Origin: an uncultured Acidobacteriota bacterium
Lineage (GTDB): Bacteria > Acidobacteriota > Thermoanaerobaculia > Multivoradales > JAHEKO01
DNA length: 64,000 bases
NCBI GenBank assembly: GCA_963713825.1
Contig: CAVQNG010000003.1
Coordinates: forward strand, 1,568,001 to 1,632,000
Direction: 5' to 3'
The notes beneath the pieces were generated by a model. That model had not been told where the DNA came from. It did no database searches and worked only from the letters and a program-made list of their open reading frames with translations. A program made the translations under genes and the position numbers. Of the stretch, positions 29,042-38,511 are shown one piece after another; positions within the stretch are counted from its first letter, which is position 1, and each line of letters opens with the position of its first letter.

Positions 29042-31573
29042 CTAAGGATAATAGCCCCTCAGGGTCTTTGCCTCGAGATCCTTGCCGGTGACATCGACCT
29101 GGACGAAACGAAACTCGTCGTCCTCGGCGGTATTGGTGGATTGATAGGCGATGTAGTAGCGGGATCGAAGCTCTTCCTGGATCGCGCTGTAGATTGCTGG
29201 CAGCTCTTCCGCGGCATCGACAAAGAAGCTGCGGCCTCCGGTCTCCTCGGCCAGCCGGGTGAGCTTCTTCTTGGCATCGCCGCTCTTCCGGTTCAGACCG
29301 AGCCCAATCGAATAGATGGCGACACCGGCCCGCCTCGCATACTCCATCGTGTCCTCAGACGTGAACCGACTGTGCTCGTCCTTACCGTCCGACAGGATGA
29401 TCAGAGCCCTCTGGCCCTTGATGCCGTTGAAGTAGTAGAGCGAGAAGACGACACTGTCGAAGAGCGCCGTTCCTCGCTCGGCTTTGAGGCCGGCCAGGCC
29501 GCCTGCCAGATCGGCCACCTCGTTGGTGAACTTCACCGCCAAATTGGGGTGGTCGTTGAAGGTCATCAGGGCCGCGCGGTCCTTCGGTGTCAGGTTATCC
29601 TGGAAGAACTCCAGGGCTGCCCGCTGCGCCATGTCGAGGCTCTCTTCCATGGAGGCCGAAATGTCGAGGAGAATCGCTGCGTGGATCGGCAGGTTGGTGA
29701 CGCGATCGAAACGCCGGATCTCCTGCGCCGCCTCGTCTTCGAACACGGTGAAGGCGCCCTGTTCCAACCCCAGTACAGGGTGCTTTTCCTTGTCGAGCAC
29801 GGTGATGAAGAGCTCGACGAATTGGACCTCGAGATTCTCCATGTAGTCGGGAGCGTTGACGAAGACCGTATCCTCGACGTAGTTGCCATCGGGGCGGTAG
29901 GCGACCACTCGCACGTAGGCCAACTCCCCAGCGGAGTCGAGGAAGATGGGCTGCGACCAGGGCTCCTGGTAGAGGGTGGAAACGAGGGTTTCATTGAGAT
30001 AGAACTCGACTCGCTCGACGGCGCCGCCGTCCGGCACCTCGATCTGCGCTTCGGCTCTCAGGCTGCGTTCGTACTGCCGGTTGCTCCGAGGCTCGACCAG
30101 TCGAGCGTCGAAACGATGGGATCCGGCATTGATCTCTTTCTGATCGCGCGCCACCTCGACACCCTGATCATCACGGGCAATTGCGGTCAACGTCCTCATG
30201 CGCGGCAGTGAGCCGAGATCGAGCTCCACGGTGAATGGTGGCACTCGCTTGATCAGCTGTTCGTGTCCGTCGAGGATGAAATCGACCGAGCTGATGTCCT
30301 TGCCAGTGGTCATGGTGTCGATGCGCAGCATGCCCGTCTGATACCGACCACGTGGCGGGACGATTTTGATGGTGTTGTCACCGGACGAGATCGCGGCATT
30401 GGCCTCGGCCAGGAGACGGGCGGTTTCTGGATCGGAAGGTGCGGGAGGCCTCAGGTGCTCGACCCGCGGTACGTCGATGTGAAGCATGACCCGATGGCTT
30501 CTTTCGGCATTGAGGTCATCGACCCTCAGCGCCAGTTCGTACTCTCCTGGTCTCAGATAGCGCTCGAATACCAGGGGAATCGTCTCGGTCTTCAGCTGCG
30601 TGGCCGGCAAGTTGTATTGATAGCGAAAAGAATCGAAGAGTCGGTCATCGCGGATGATCTCACCCGTGGCGACGAAGTTGTAGGAGGCGCCGATGTCACT
30701 CAGCTCGGACACCTGGACGGCGGATTTGTCCACGGAGATGACGCCCTGGGTGACCGTGCGATTCTGATGCCGCCCCGGATACTCGATCGCGACCTCGACC
30801 GGGAAGGTCTCAGCATCGTCGGGCAGGTCCGTGGAATAGGCGTTGAACGCGGAGACCCACTCCCCGGTGGGGGACTCCGGGGTGTCCATCAACTCGGCCA
30901 GCATGGTCATGAATCCCATGGGTCCAACCTTGTTCATCAGGGAAAAGGCCGCTCTGAGCGCATCGATCTCGCTCTGGCGACACTGCTGAATGCTGGACCA
31001 CGGATCCGAGCCCGGGAATCTGATCAGTCCGCTCAGCCCCGCTCCCGGATAGAAGATCCGATAGGAGCCCAGCCCACCTTGCTGGTAGAAGATCAGCGCC
31101 ATCTCGCTACCCAGATTCTCGGCCCTTTGGTAGTACCAGACCTCGGCCGGCCAGAGCTCGATGCACTTGATGAGTATGCGAGCCGTGGGAATCCCGTTGA
31201 GCAGCAGAATGCGGGAGCGATCTTCAGTCAGATTGCCAAAGAGCGTCTTCGCCTCGCGGACCCGCGCCAGCCAGCGTTCCTGCAGCTCGTTACGAGGCGT
31301 TTGCGGGTAGGGGTCGCGGCTGCGCCAGAACCGCTCGATGAAGGCATCCCGCTGGTAGTCCTTCTCGAGCTCGAGGAATGCCTTGAGCTCGTCGTCACTG
31401 ATGAGAATCCGCACAGACTCGACCCAAAGCCGGTACTCCTCGGGCAGCGCCTCCACCTTGGCCTTGATTTCCTTCTTTTCGCCATCCTTGGCTCGTGCCG
31501 GACTCACGGAGGCCAGAAGGCCGAGGCCCAGACCGATGGCGAGGACGAAAAGGACGAGTCTGCGGTGCATCAT
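29042..31573 (-). CDS. Secreted GWxTD-like, Ig-like and VWA domain protein (tandem paralog)
   Basis: Signal peptide, FIERFWRSRDP...NEL, MIDAS LLDISASM, GTALFD, LSDGKD; ends RGYYP. Confidence 0.87.
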   Translation of the reverse strand: MMHRRLVLFVLAIGLGLGLLASVSPARAKDGEKKEIKAKVEALPEEYRLWVESVRILISDDELKAFLELEKDYQRDAFIERFWRSRDPYPQTPRNELQERWLARVREAKTLFGNLTEDRSRILLLNGIPTARILIKCIELWPAEVWYYQRAENLGSEMALIFYQQGGLGSYRIFYPGAGLSGLIRFPGSDPWSSIQQCRQSEIDALRAAFSLMNKVGPMGFMTMLAELMDTPESPTGEWVSAFNAYSTDLPDDAETFPVEVAIEYPGRHQNRTVTQGVISVDKSAVQVSELSDIGASYNFVATGEIIRDDRLFDSFRYQYNLPATQLKTETIPLVFERYLRPGEYELALRVDDLNAERSHRVMLHIDVPRVEHLRPPAPSDPETARLLAEANAAISSGDNTIKIVPPRGRYQTGMLRIDTMTTGKDISSVDFILDGHEQLIKRVPPFTVELDLGSLPRMRTLTAIARDDQGVEVARDQKEINAGSHRFDARLVEPRSNRQYERSLRAEAQIEVPDGGAVERVEFYLNETLVSTLYQEPWSQPIFLDSAGELAYVRVVAYRPDGNYVEDTVFVNAPDYMENLEVQFVELFITVLDKEKHPVLGLEQGAFTVFEDEAAQEIRRFDRVTNLPIHAAILLDISASMEESLDMAQRAALEFFQDNLTPKDRAALMTFNDHPNLAVKFTNEVADLAGGLAGLKAERGTALFDSVVFSLYYFNGIKGQRALIILSDGKDEHSRFTSEDTMEYARRAGVAIYSIGLGLNRKSGDAKKKLTRLAEETGGRSFFVDAAEELPAIYSAIQEELRSRYYIAYQSTNTAEDDEFRFVQVDVTGKDLEAKTLRGYYP

Positions 31574-31718
31574 TGGCGAATCCTACGTCGCGACCCAATC
31601 ATGAACAAATCTCCAACGAGCCTCCGGAGCTAAGGCTCCGGTGGCGCGATGAAGCTCCTCTAGCGAGGTTCTGTTTGCAAAGTCGATGCCGGAGTGCCGC
31701 GATAGAATCGGCCATTCG

Positions 31719-32867
31719 ATGCCAGCGATCTATTTCGACCACAACGCGACGACGCCTCTGGACCCGCGGGTGAGAGCGGTCATGGAGCCGTGGCTGGGAG
31801 AGCAATACGGCAATCCGGCTTCCCTGCATGCCTTCGGGCAGGTGGCTCGTGATGCCACGGAGGTGGCACGGGAACAACTCGCGAGTCTGCTGGGAGCAAG
31901 GCCGGCCGAGCTGGTATTCACGGCATCCGGCACCGAAGCCAACAATGCCGTACTGCTCGGCCGCAGCTGGGAGGGAAATCTGGAGGGTCATTTGGTGGTC
32001 TCCGCGATCGAGCACCCATCCGTCTGGAAGGCGGCGCTGGCTCTGCAAGATGCGGGGATGGAAGTCAGCTGGGTCGAGCCCGATGGCCAAGGCCGGATGG
32101 TCGCGGCAGAGGTTCTAGCCGAAGTTCGAGAAGATACGAAGCTCGTGTGTCTGATGCTGGCCAACAATGAGGTCGGCACCCTCCAGCCGGTCGAGGCGGT
32201 TGGCAGGGACTGCCGGGAGCGGGGAGTCCCGGTCCTCTGCGATGCGGTGCAGGCGATAGGGAAGGTACCTGTCAGCACTGCGAATCTGAATGTGGACTAT
32301 CTGACGGTCGGCGCACACAAGTTCTACGGCCCGTTGGGCGCCGCGGCTCTATGGGTTCGAAAAGGTGTGAAGTACGAGCCATTTCTCAAGGGAGGCTCCC
32401 AGGAGCGTCAGCGCAGGGCCGGGACCGTCAACGTGCCCGCGGTCGTCGGGTTGGGCGAGGCAGCACGACTTGCCGCCGACGAACTGGGGCAGCGTGGCCC
32501 TCGGATGAAGGAGCTTCGGGAGCGATTCGAGACCGGTCTGCAGGCCATCGACAATGTGGTGGTGCATGGCCGGGATGCCGAGAGACTGCCCAATACTTCT
32601 CACGTCGCTCTGGTGGGGGCCGACAGCGAGTCTCTCTTGATCCGACTCGATCTCGCCGGATTTGCGGTCTCTTCTGGGTCCGCTTGTTCCTCGGGCACCG
32701 TTGAGCCCAGTCGTACGCTAAGGGCAATGAGGGTTCCAGAGGAGGAAGCTGCCTGTTCCTTGCGAATCAGCTTCGGGCACGGCAACACCGAACAGGAAGT
32801 CGATGCTTTTCTTGATGCTCTATCTCATGAGGTGACGGAGCTTCGCAGGCTCTCGTCGAGGCAATGA
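31719..32867 (+). CDS. iscS: Cysteine desulfurase (IscS/NifS type)
   Basis: YFDHNATTP, SGTEANN, NNEVGT, AHKFYGP and SSGSAC motifs. Confidence 0.94.
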   Translation: MPAIYFDHNATTPLDPRVRAVMEPWLGEQYGNPASLHAFGQVARDATEVAREQLASLLGARPAELVFTASGTEANNAVLLGRSWEGNLEGHLVVSAIEHPSVWKAALALQDAGMEVSWVEPDGQGRMVAAEVLAEVREDTKLVCLMLANNEVGTLQPVEAVGRDCRERGVPVLCDAVQAIGKVPVSTANLNVDYLTVGAHKFYGPLGAAALWVRKGVKYEPFLKGGSQERQRRAGTVNVPAVVGLGEAARLAADELGQRGPRMKELRERFETGLQAIDNVVVHGRDAERLPNTSHVALVGADSESLLIRLDLAGFAVSSGSACSSGTVEPSRTLRAMRVPEEEAACSLRISFGHGNTEQEVDAFLDALSHEVTELRRLSSRQ

Positions 32868-33970
32868 TGATGAAACCGACGATCGCAGTGGCCATGAGCG
32901 GAGGGCTCGACTCTTCCATGACGGCTTGGCTCCTGTCACGAGCCGGTTACCCCGTCATCGGCCTTTCGATGCTGCTATGGGATCGATCCGAGGACAACAC
33001 CTATGGCAGGTGCTGCGGTGCCCTGGACATGGGGGACGCGAAGCGGGTGGCCCAACAGTGCGAGATCCCGCACTACACCCTGCAGATGGAAAAGGAATTT
33101 CGTCGTACGGTGGTCGATCCCTTTGTCCAGGATTACCTCGACGGCAGAACCCCGATTCCCTGCACGCGCTGCAACACCTGGATCAAGTTCGACTTGTTTC
33201 TCGACAAGGCTCGCCAACTGGGAGCCGAGCGCATTGCCACGGGCCACTACGCTCGGATTCTCGAAGGAGCTGAAGGCTACGAGTTGCACGCGGCGGCCGA
33301 GCCGAGCAAGGACCAGAGCTACTATCTCTTCGAACTGACGCAGGACCAACTCGCGTCGACACTCTTTCCCCTCGGCGACAAGACCAAGCCGGAAGTCAGG
33401 CAGATGGCGCGGGAAGTCGGCCTGATGGTGGCGGAGAAGCCCGAGAGCATGGAGATCTGCTTCGTGGAAGGCGGTGTTCGGGAGTTCGTCGAGTCCCAGG
33501 TCGAAGCTCAGCCGATGCGCTTTCGAACCGAGTCGCTCCACCAGCCGAGCCGGGTCGTGGACCAGGACGGCGAAGTGCTGGGAGCCGGAGAGCCTTACTA
33601 TCGGTACACCGTAGGTCAGAGACGCGGCTTGGGGATAGCGGCCCCAGAGCCGCTATACGTGCTCGGGCTGGAGCCCGAGCACAATCAGGTAGTCGTGGGT
33701 CCAGAAGCCGCTCTGCGGGTGCGGGGTCTGATTGGCCGCGAAACGCATTGGATCGGAACGGAGCGCTGCGAGCCGGTCGAGGCTCTGGTGAAGATCCGCT
33801 CTCGTCACCCCGGGGTGATCTCGGTCGTCAAACCGCTCGGCGATGGCAGGGTAGAGGTCGTTTTCGAGAAGGCACAGAGCGGCGTCTCGCCCGGTCAGGC
33901 GGCGGTCTTCTACGAAGGCAGTCGAGTGCTCGGCGGCTGCTGGATCGACGCTCCGATGAGAGAGGACTAG
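32864..33970 (+). CDS. mnmA: tRNA 2-thiouridylase MnmA
   Basis: AMSGGLDSS PP-loop, PCTRCN, ATGHYA, KDQSY, TVGQRRG and PGQAAVFY motifs. Confidence 0.97.
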   Translation: MMMKPTIAVAMSGGLDSSMTAWLLSRAGYPVIGLSMLLWDRSEDNTYGRCCGALDMGDAKRVAQQCEIPHYTLQMEKEFRRTVVDPFVQDYLDGRTPIPCTRCNTWIKFDLFLDKARQLGAERIATGHYARILEGAEGYELHAAAEPSKDQSYYLFELTQDQLASTLFPLGDKTKPEVRQMAREVGLMVAEKPESMEICFVEGGVREFVESQVEAQPMRFRTESLHQPSRVVDQDGEVLGAGEPYYRYTVGQRRGLGIAAPEPLYVLGLEPEHNQVVVGPEAALRVRGLIGRETHWIGTERCEPVEALVKIRSRHPGVISVVKPLGDGRVEVVFEKAQSGVSPGQAAVFYEGSRVLGGCWIDAPMRED

Positions 33971-34020
33971 ACACTGGTCGTCCTTGGGAGAGTGCAAACC
34001 GATGGATGGAGTCTTCTGAG

Positions 34021-34899
34021 ATGAGGGTTCACATCGTCTGTCAGAGGTGGAAGCAGGACCGCGTACTGTCGCGGTTCGCGCGGTACCTCGTCGATCGCTG
34101 GGGTTGGACGGTGAGCCGGCGTCCCGACCGCAAGGCTGATCTGAACTACTGGATTGCGTTTCTGGAATGGGAACGGTTCAAGGGCTTCGATCGCACCCCG
34201 ACCGTGGCCTTCATGACCCATCCAGAAGACGAGATCGACAACCCCGAAAAGTACCGGCTGTACTTCGACGCCGCCCGGGAAGCCGACCTGAGGATTTGTA
34301 TGAACGAAGTCAGTCGGCTGGAGCTCGAGGCTCTCTACGGCCTGTCCATGCAGGCTCCTCTTCCCCTGGACTGCGAGCATTTTCCTCTCAAATCGGCGTC
34401 GCCAGGAGGATCGCCCCGCGTCGGCTTTTCGGGCAAGGCCTATCGAAGCGGTCGCAAGGGCGAAGACCTGGCCGAGCATCTTGTCGAGGACTTCCAGGAC
34501 CGCTGCGAGTTTGCGGCCTCGGGAAAGAAGTGGCCCTGTCCGACCCGGTGGTACAGCTGGGAAGAAATGCCACAGTTCTTCCAAAGTCTGGACATCTACG
34601 TCTCTACCTCGCTGGTCGAGGGCGGGCCCATGCCAACCCTGGAGGCTCTTGCTACCGGTCTACCGGTCGTCATTGCAGCAGGCGTTGGACTGCATGACGA
34701 GCTGCCAGCCGTGAAGGGCATCTATCGGTACGAGAAGGGCAACTACGAAGATCTACGAAGAGCCCTCGATCAGGCTCTAAGCGAGTACCGCGATATTGAC
34801 CGCGAGCTTCTCCGCCAGGCGACGAGCCCCCACGCTGTCGAGAATTGGTGCGTCGCGAACCGGAGTGCCTTCGAAGATCTACTGGCTCATCGGCCTTGA
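34021..34899 (+). CDS. GT-B/GT4-like glycosyltransferase
   Basis: STSLVEGGPMPTLEALATGLPVV (Ex7E motif); start estimated. Confidence 0.8.
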   Translation: MRVHIVCQRWKQDRVLSRFARYLVDRWGWTVSRRPDRKADLNYWIAFLEWERFKGFDRTPTVAFMTHPEDEIDNPEKYRLYFDAAREADLRICMNEVSRLELEALYGLSMQAPLPLDCEHFPLKSASPGGSPRVGFSGKAYRSGRKGEDLAEHLVEDFQDRCEFAASGKKWPCPTRWYSWEEMPQFFQSLDIYVSTSLVEGGPMPTLEALATGLPVVIAAGVGLHDELPAVKGIYRYEKGNYEDLRRALDQALSEYRDIDRELLRQATSPHAVENWCVANRSAFEDLLAHRP

Positions 34900-34932
34900 G
34901 GACTTGAAGCGATTCCGCCCACTCACCCGTCC

Positions 34933-35400
34933 TGGGGCTTGGGTCCTGAACAGACAACGATCTTCGTGTGGAGGCCCGTCCGGGTGGTCCGCAGGCGGAC
35001 GGTGGCAGTTTCACAGACTTTGACGGGGGACCGCCACCTCGTCTCGTCATCGCGCCCCGTCTCCTGTGCCCTATGAAGGATCTTGCGCTGCGCTCGACTC
35101 GGCGCCCCCTGTCGAACCACCCGAACGAACCTCTGGCACCAATGGGGCGTAGGGGGTGAGTCATCTGCCGGGGTCTCGATGTGTCTCGATGGCGGTAGAT
35201 CGGGTCATGGGTCTCCCTCGTCTGAGGGGCATGGTCGGGTGAGGCCGTAGACGGGGGAGATCCCTGGTTCGATCGGCCGTCTCAACCCCCAGGCCCTCAA
35301 GGACCGGCTGGAGCTGGCGACAGCCGCCTCAACCCCAAGCCCTCAGAGACCAACCGAAGGAACTTCGGCTGCCTCAACCCTCAGGGCGGGTGGGAGGTCC
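34933..35400 (-). repeat. Modular structured intergenic repeat, copy 3 (complete; overlaps the rsmI 3' end)
   Basis: Reverse complement is collinear with copy 1, including the tail TTCAGGACCCAAGCCCCA. Confidence 0.95.
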
Positions 35401-36063
35401 AATGACTGCGGTGAACTCACCCTTGATGGATGGGCGCGTGGCCAGGTCTGCGTGGATCTCGGAGATCCGGCCACGGAGTGTCTCTTCGTGCAGCTTGGTG
35501 AGCTCACGGCCAACCGCTGCTGGCCGGTCCCCCCAGGTCTCCTGAGCATCTTCGAGGCTCGCGACGATGCGGTGGGGCGACTCGAAGAAGACCAGGGTGT
35601 GCTCGAGATCGGAGAATCGAGCGAAGAACCGTCGTCGCTTGCCTTGGCGGGGTGGGGGAAAGCCGAGGAAGCTGAAGGGATAAGGGGGTAGCGCTGAGAC
35701 GACGAGGGCCGCAAGAATCGCCGAGGCTCCCGGCACGTGCTCCACAGGGATAGCCTTCGCCGCCGCCTCTCGAACCAGCACAAAGCCGGGGTCGGAGAGT
35801 AGTGGCGTTCCGGCGTCGCTGACCAGTGCTACCTGGAGTCCGGAGTCCAACTGTTCGAGAAGGTGTGGGACTCTCTGTCGCTCGTTGTGCTCGTGAAGGG
35901 AGATCAGCCTGGCCTCGATCCCGAGGCGAGCGAGCATGCGGCCGGTATGACGGGTGTCCTCGCAAGCGACGAGGTCGGCCTCGACGAGGGTGCTCCGAGC
36001 TCGCGGTGACAGGTCTTCCAGATTGCCGATGGGAGTGGCGACGATGGTCAGCTTTCCCGGCAT
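35374..36063 (-). CDS. rsmI: 16S rRNA C1402 2'-O-methyltransferase (short form)
   Basis: ATPIGNLED, CEDTR, VSDAGTP..SDPG, FESPHR and RELTKLHE motifs. Confidence 0.96.
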   Translation of the reverse strand: MPGKLTIVATPIGNLEDLSPRARSTLVEADLVACEDTRHTGRMLARLGIEARLISLHEHNERQRVPHLLEQLDSGLQVALVSDAGTPLLSDPGFVLVREAAAKAIPVEHVPGASAILAALVVSALPPYPFSFLGFPPPRQGKRRRFFARFSDLEHTLVFFESPHRIVASLEDAQETWGDRPAAVGRELTKLHEETLRGRISEIHADLATRPSIKGEFTAVIGPPTRPEG

Positions 36064-36069
36064 GCCGGG

Positions 36070-36912
36070 TCAGTCCCGGGGAATTTCCCGGTCCAGGTTG
36101 ATGGCGCTGTTGGAAAGTCGCGCGATGAGCATGAGACGTCGCTTGAAGCGGTTCTGCTCTTCGAGGGCGGTGATTCGGCTGACTACGCTGGCCGGGTAGC
36201 CCTGATCGACGACCTCACTGGGAGACAGACCCAGGTCGAACATCAGGCAGAGGACCTCGTCAGCGCTGGCGTAGTCGAATCCGAGCTCTCCCTCGTCGGT
36301 TTGGCCGGGCCACAGGTCCGCCGAAGGCTTCTTGTCGACGACCGCCTCGGGTACGCCCAGGTGTCGGGCCAGTTGCCAGACCTGCTGTTTGTAGAGATCT
36401 CCCAGCGGGTTGATGGAGCTGGCGTTGTCGCCGAAGATGGTCGAATAGCCGAGCAGAATCTCCGTCTTGTTGGAGGTCCCGAGTACCAGACAGCCGAGCT
36501 TCTTGGCCTGGTCGAAGAGGATCGACATCCGCTCACGAGCCATTTTGTTGCCGAGCCGCACCTTGTCGATCTCGCCTTCAGCGAGATTCTCGAAGTAGAG
36601 GTCGACCATGGGAGAGATATCGAACGTAGTCGTTTCGAGTTCGAAGGCTGTCGCTACCGCTTCTGCATCGGAGAGTGAGTCGGGATTGGAAGTGCGGTAG
36701 GGCAGCTGAAAGGCGTGAACCCGAGAGGCTCCCAGGGCTCTCGTTGCCAGCGCCGCCGCTAGCGCCGAGTCGACGCCGCCGCTCAGGCCGACGACGACGC
36801 CCTCGGTTCGTGAGGTCTCCACCGCATCCCGAATAAAACCGGCCAGCACCGTTACGGCCAGCTCGGCATTGAGCCACAAGCGGTCGCGGATCCAGAATTT
36901 CGTGTCGTTCAT
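36070..36912 (-). CDS. nadE: NAD+ synthetase (synthetase domain only)
   Basis: GLSGGVDS, GNKMARERM, GTSNKTE and KPSADLW.GQTDE motifs. Confidence 0.95.
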   Translation of the reverse strand: MNDTKFWIRDRLWLNAELAVTVLAGFIRDAVETSRTEGVVVGLSGGVDSALAAALATRALGASRVHAFQLPYRTSNPDSLSDAEAVATAFELETTTFDISPMVDLYFENLAEGEIDKVRLGNKMARERMSILFDQAKKLGCLVLGTSNKTEILLGYSTIFGDNASSINPLGDLYKQQVWQLARHLGVPEAVVDKKPSADLWPGQTDEGELGFDYASADEVLCLMFDLGLSPSEVVDQGYPASVVSRITALEEQNRFKRRLMLIARLSNSAINLDREIPRD

Positions 36913-37736
36913 TCAGGACCCTCGATGTCGCTGCGTTCGGCGCGCAGAAGGGGCAGCCGCCAGCGCAGGCGGTCTACTTCCCGGAGATCGAGAGTCGCTA
37001 CCAGAAAGTCCTCTTGGAGGCTGGCGGCTCGGCAGAGAATCTGGCCGCCGGGCCTCACGATATGGCTGCCGCCGGCGTAGAAGGAGCCTTCCTCCCATCC
37101 CACTCGGTTGCAGTAGAGAAGCCAACTCGTGTTGACGACGGCAGTCGAGCGAGTGATGCACTCCCACGTATCTTGGCTTTCCAGGCTCTCACCGGAGCCG
37201 ACTGTTCCCGGTCCGGCCGATAGCACCCCGATGATCTTGCCGCCACCTGCCGCCAAACGCTGAGCCAGTCGTGGATGCCAGAGGTCTTCGCAAACCAGCA
37301 GGCCGAGCTTCTCCCCCGCGACGGCCGCCAGGTCGAGGCGCTTTCCAGGGCCGAAGAAACGGCCCTCCTGGAAGATGCCATAGGTCGGGAGGTAGAGCTT
37401 CCGATGGACGTGGAGGATCTGACCCGCCCTGAGAAGGACGGCGCTGTTGTAGAGGACTCCCTGGCCGTCCTCTTCCACCAGGCCGACGACGACCGCCATT
37501 TCGCCGCTCGCCTCCGCCAGTCGCTGGACGTGCTCGGAAGCCTCGATACGACACGCCACCCGACTGGTGAGGTGCAAGAGTCGGTAGCCCGTCATGGAAA
37601 GCTCGGGGAAGAGCAGTAGCTCGACGCCTTCCTGCCGCGCCTTCTCGATCCACTCCAGGTGTTTCTGGACGTTTTCTTCGACGGCGCCCAGAGTGCAATC
37701 GATCTGCGCCAACCCGACGGTCAGTTTGTTCGCCAT
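36909..37736 (-). CDS. Nitrilase-family hydrolase, probable glutaminase subunit of NAD synthetase
   Basis: E-K-C triad (FPELS, HRKLYLPTYGIFQEGRFF, VCEDLW); ATGA overlap with nadE. Confidence 0.85.
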   Translation of the reverse strand: MANKLTVGLAQIDCTLGAVEENVQKHLEWIEKARQEGVELLLFPELSMTGYRLLHLTSRVACRIEASEHVQRLAEASGEMAVVVGLVEEDGQGVLYNSAVLLRAGQILHVHRKLYLPTYGIFQEGRFFGPGKRLDLAAVAGEKLGLLVCEDLWHPRLAQRLAAGGGKIIGVLSAGPGTVGSGESLESQDTWECITRSTAVVNTSWLLYCNRVGWEEGSFYAGGSHIVRPGGQILCRAASLQEDFLVATLDLREVDRLRWRLPLLRAERSDIEGPE

Positions 37737-37806
37737 GGAAACTCGAGATCCATTGGGTCCAACAGGTGAGTATCGACCCAGAAGGCTATGCTAGCATGCC
37801 GCCGCC

Positions 37807-38511
37807 ATGGGTCCTCTGAGGAAAACCACACTGTTTCTCGTCATTCTCTCGACTTTGGGGGCGCCCCGGCTGGCCTCTGCGAACGAGGAGCAACCGGTCG
37901 ATCGCCTGTTGGCGGTTGTCGACGACGACCCGATTCTGGAGTCACAGCTGGATCAGATGATCGGGATCGGGATGGTTGAACAGCACGATGGGGAGGACGA
38001 GGCTCGCTTTCGCCGCCGAATTCTCGATGGGCTGATCGAAGAGAAGCTCCGTTTTCACGAGGTCGACCGTTTCGGTTTCGCCGAGGTGCCGGTCGACGAG
38101 GTCGAAGAGCAGTTCGAGGCGGTTCGAGATCGATTCCCCGACGAGCAGAGTTTTCAGGCTCGCCTCCAGGAGCTCAACCTCAACGAACTGGGACTTCGAC
38201 AATTGCTGGCCAGGCAGGTCATGGTGTTGATTTACGTCGAAGAGCGACTGGGAGCACGGGTCTTCGTGGGACTGGAAGAGATCCAGGCCTACTATGACGC
38301 GGTGCTCGTACCGCAGCTCGAGGCCAGCAAGGAGCCCATCCCCCAGGTCCGCGAAGTTCGCGAGGCGATTCGGCAGGTCCTGAGAGAGGAACTGCTCAAC
38401 GAGGAGATCGAGCGTTGGACGGAGGAGCTGAGACGGGATGCTGACGTCGTCGACTACTTCGACCGGGAGCAGAGAATTCTACCGCCCGTCGTCCACCAGG
38501 TCGGCGGCTGA
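37807..38511 (+). CDS. SurA N-terminal-like periplasmic chaperone (no PPIase domain)
   Basis: Signal peptide, VDRLLAVVDDDPILES, LDGLIEEKL; ends WTEELRRDADV. Confidence 0.7.
   Translation: MGPLRKTTLFLVILSTLGAPRLASANEEQPVDRLLAVVDDDPILESQLDQMIGIGMVEQHDGEDEARFRRRILDGLIEEKLRFHEVDRFGFAEVPVDEVEEQFEAVRDRFPDEQSFQARLQELNLNELGLRQLLARQVMVLIYVEERLGARVFVGLEEIQAYYDAVLVPQLEASKEPIPQVREVREAIRQVLREELLNEEIERWTEELRRDADVVDYFDREQRILPPVVHQVGG

Noticed and set aside
29141-31633. Long + strand ORFs (356 and 456 aa)
   Set aside because: Antisense shadows of the GWxTD-VWA gene; common in GC-rich DNA; no motifs
33748-34020. N-terminal extension of the glycosyltransferase ORF
   Set aside because: Overlaps mnmA and is low-complexity Arg/Gly; the real start is probably 34006-34021
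38479-38511. 33-bp convergent overlap of the SurA-like and Slt-like genes
   Set aside because: Short 3' overlaps are common; no further signal
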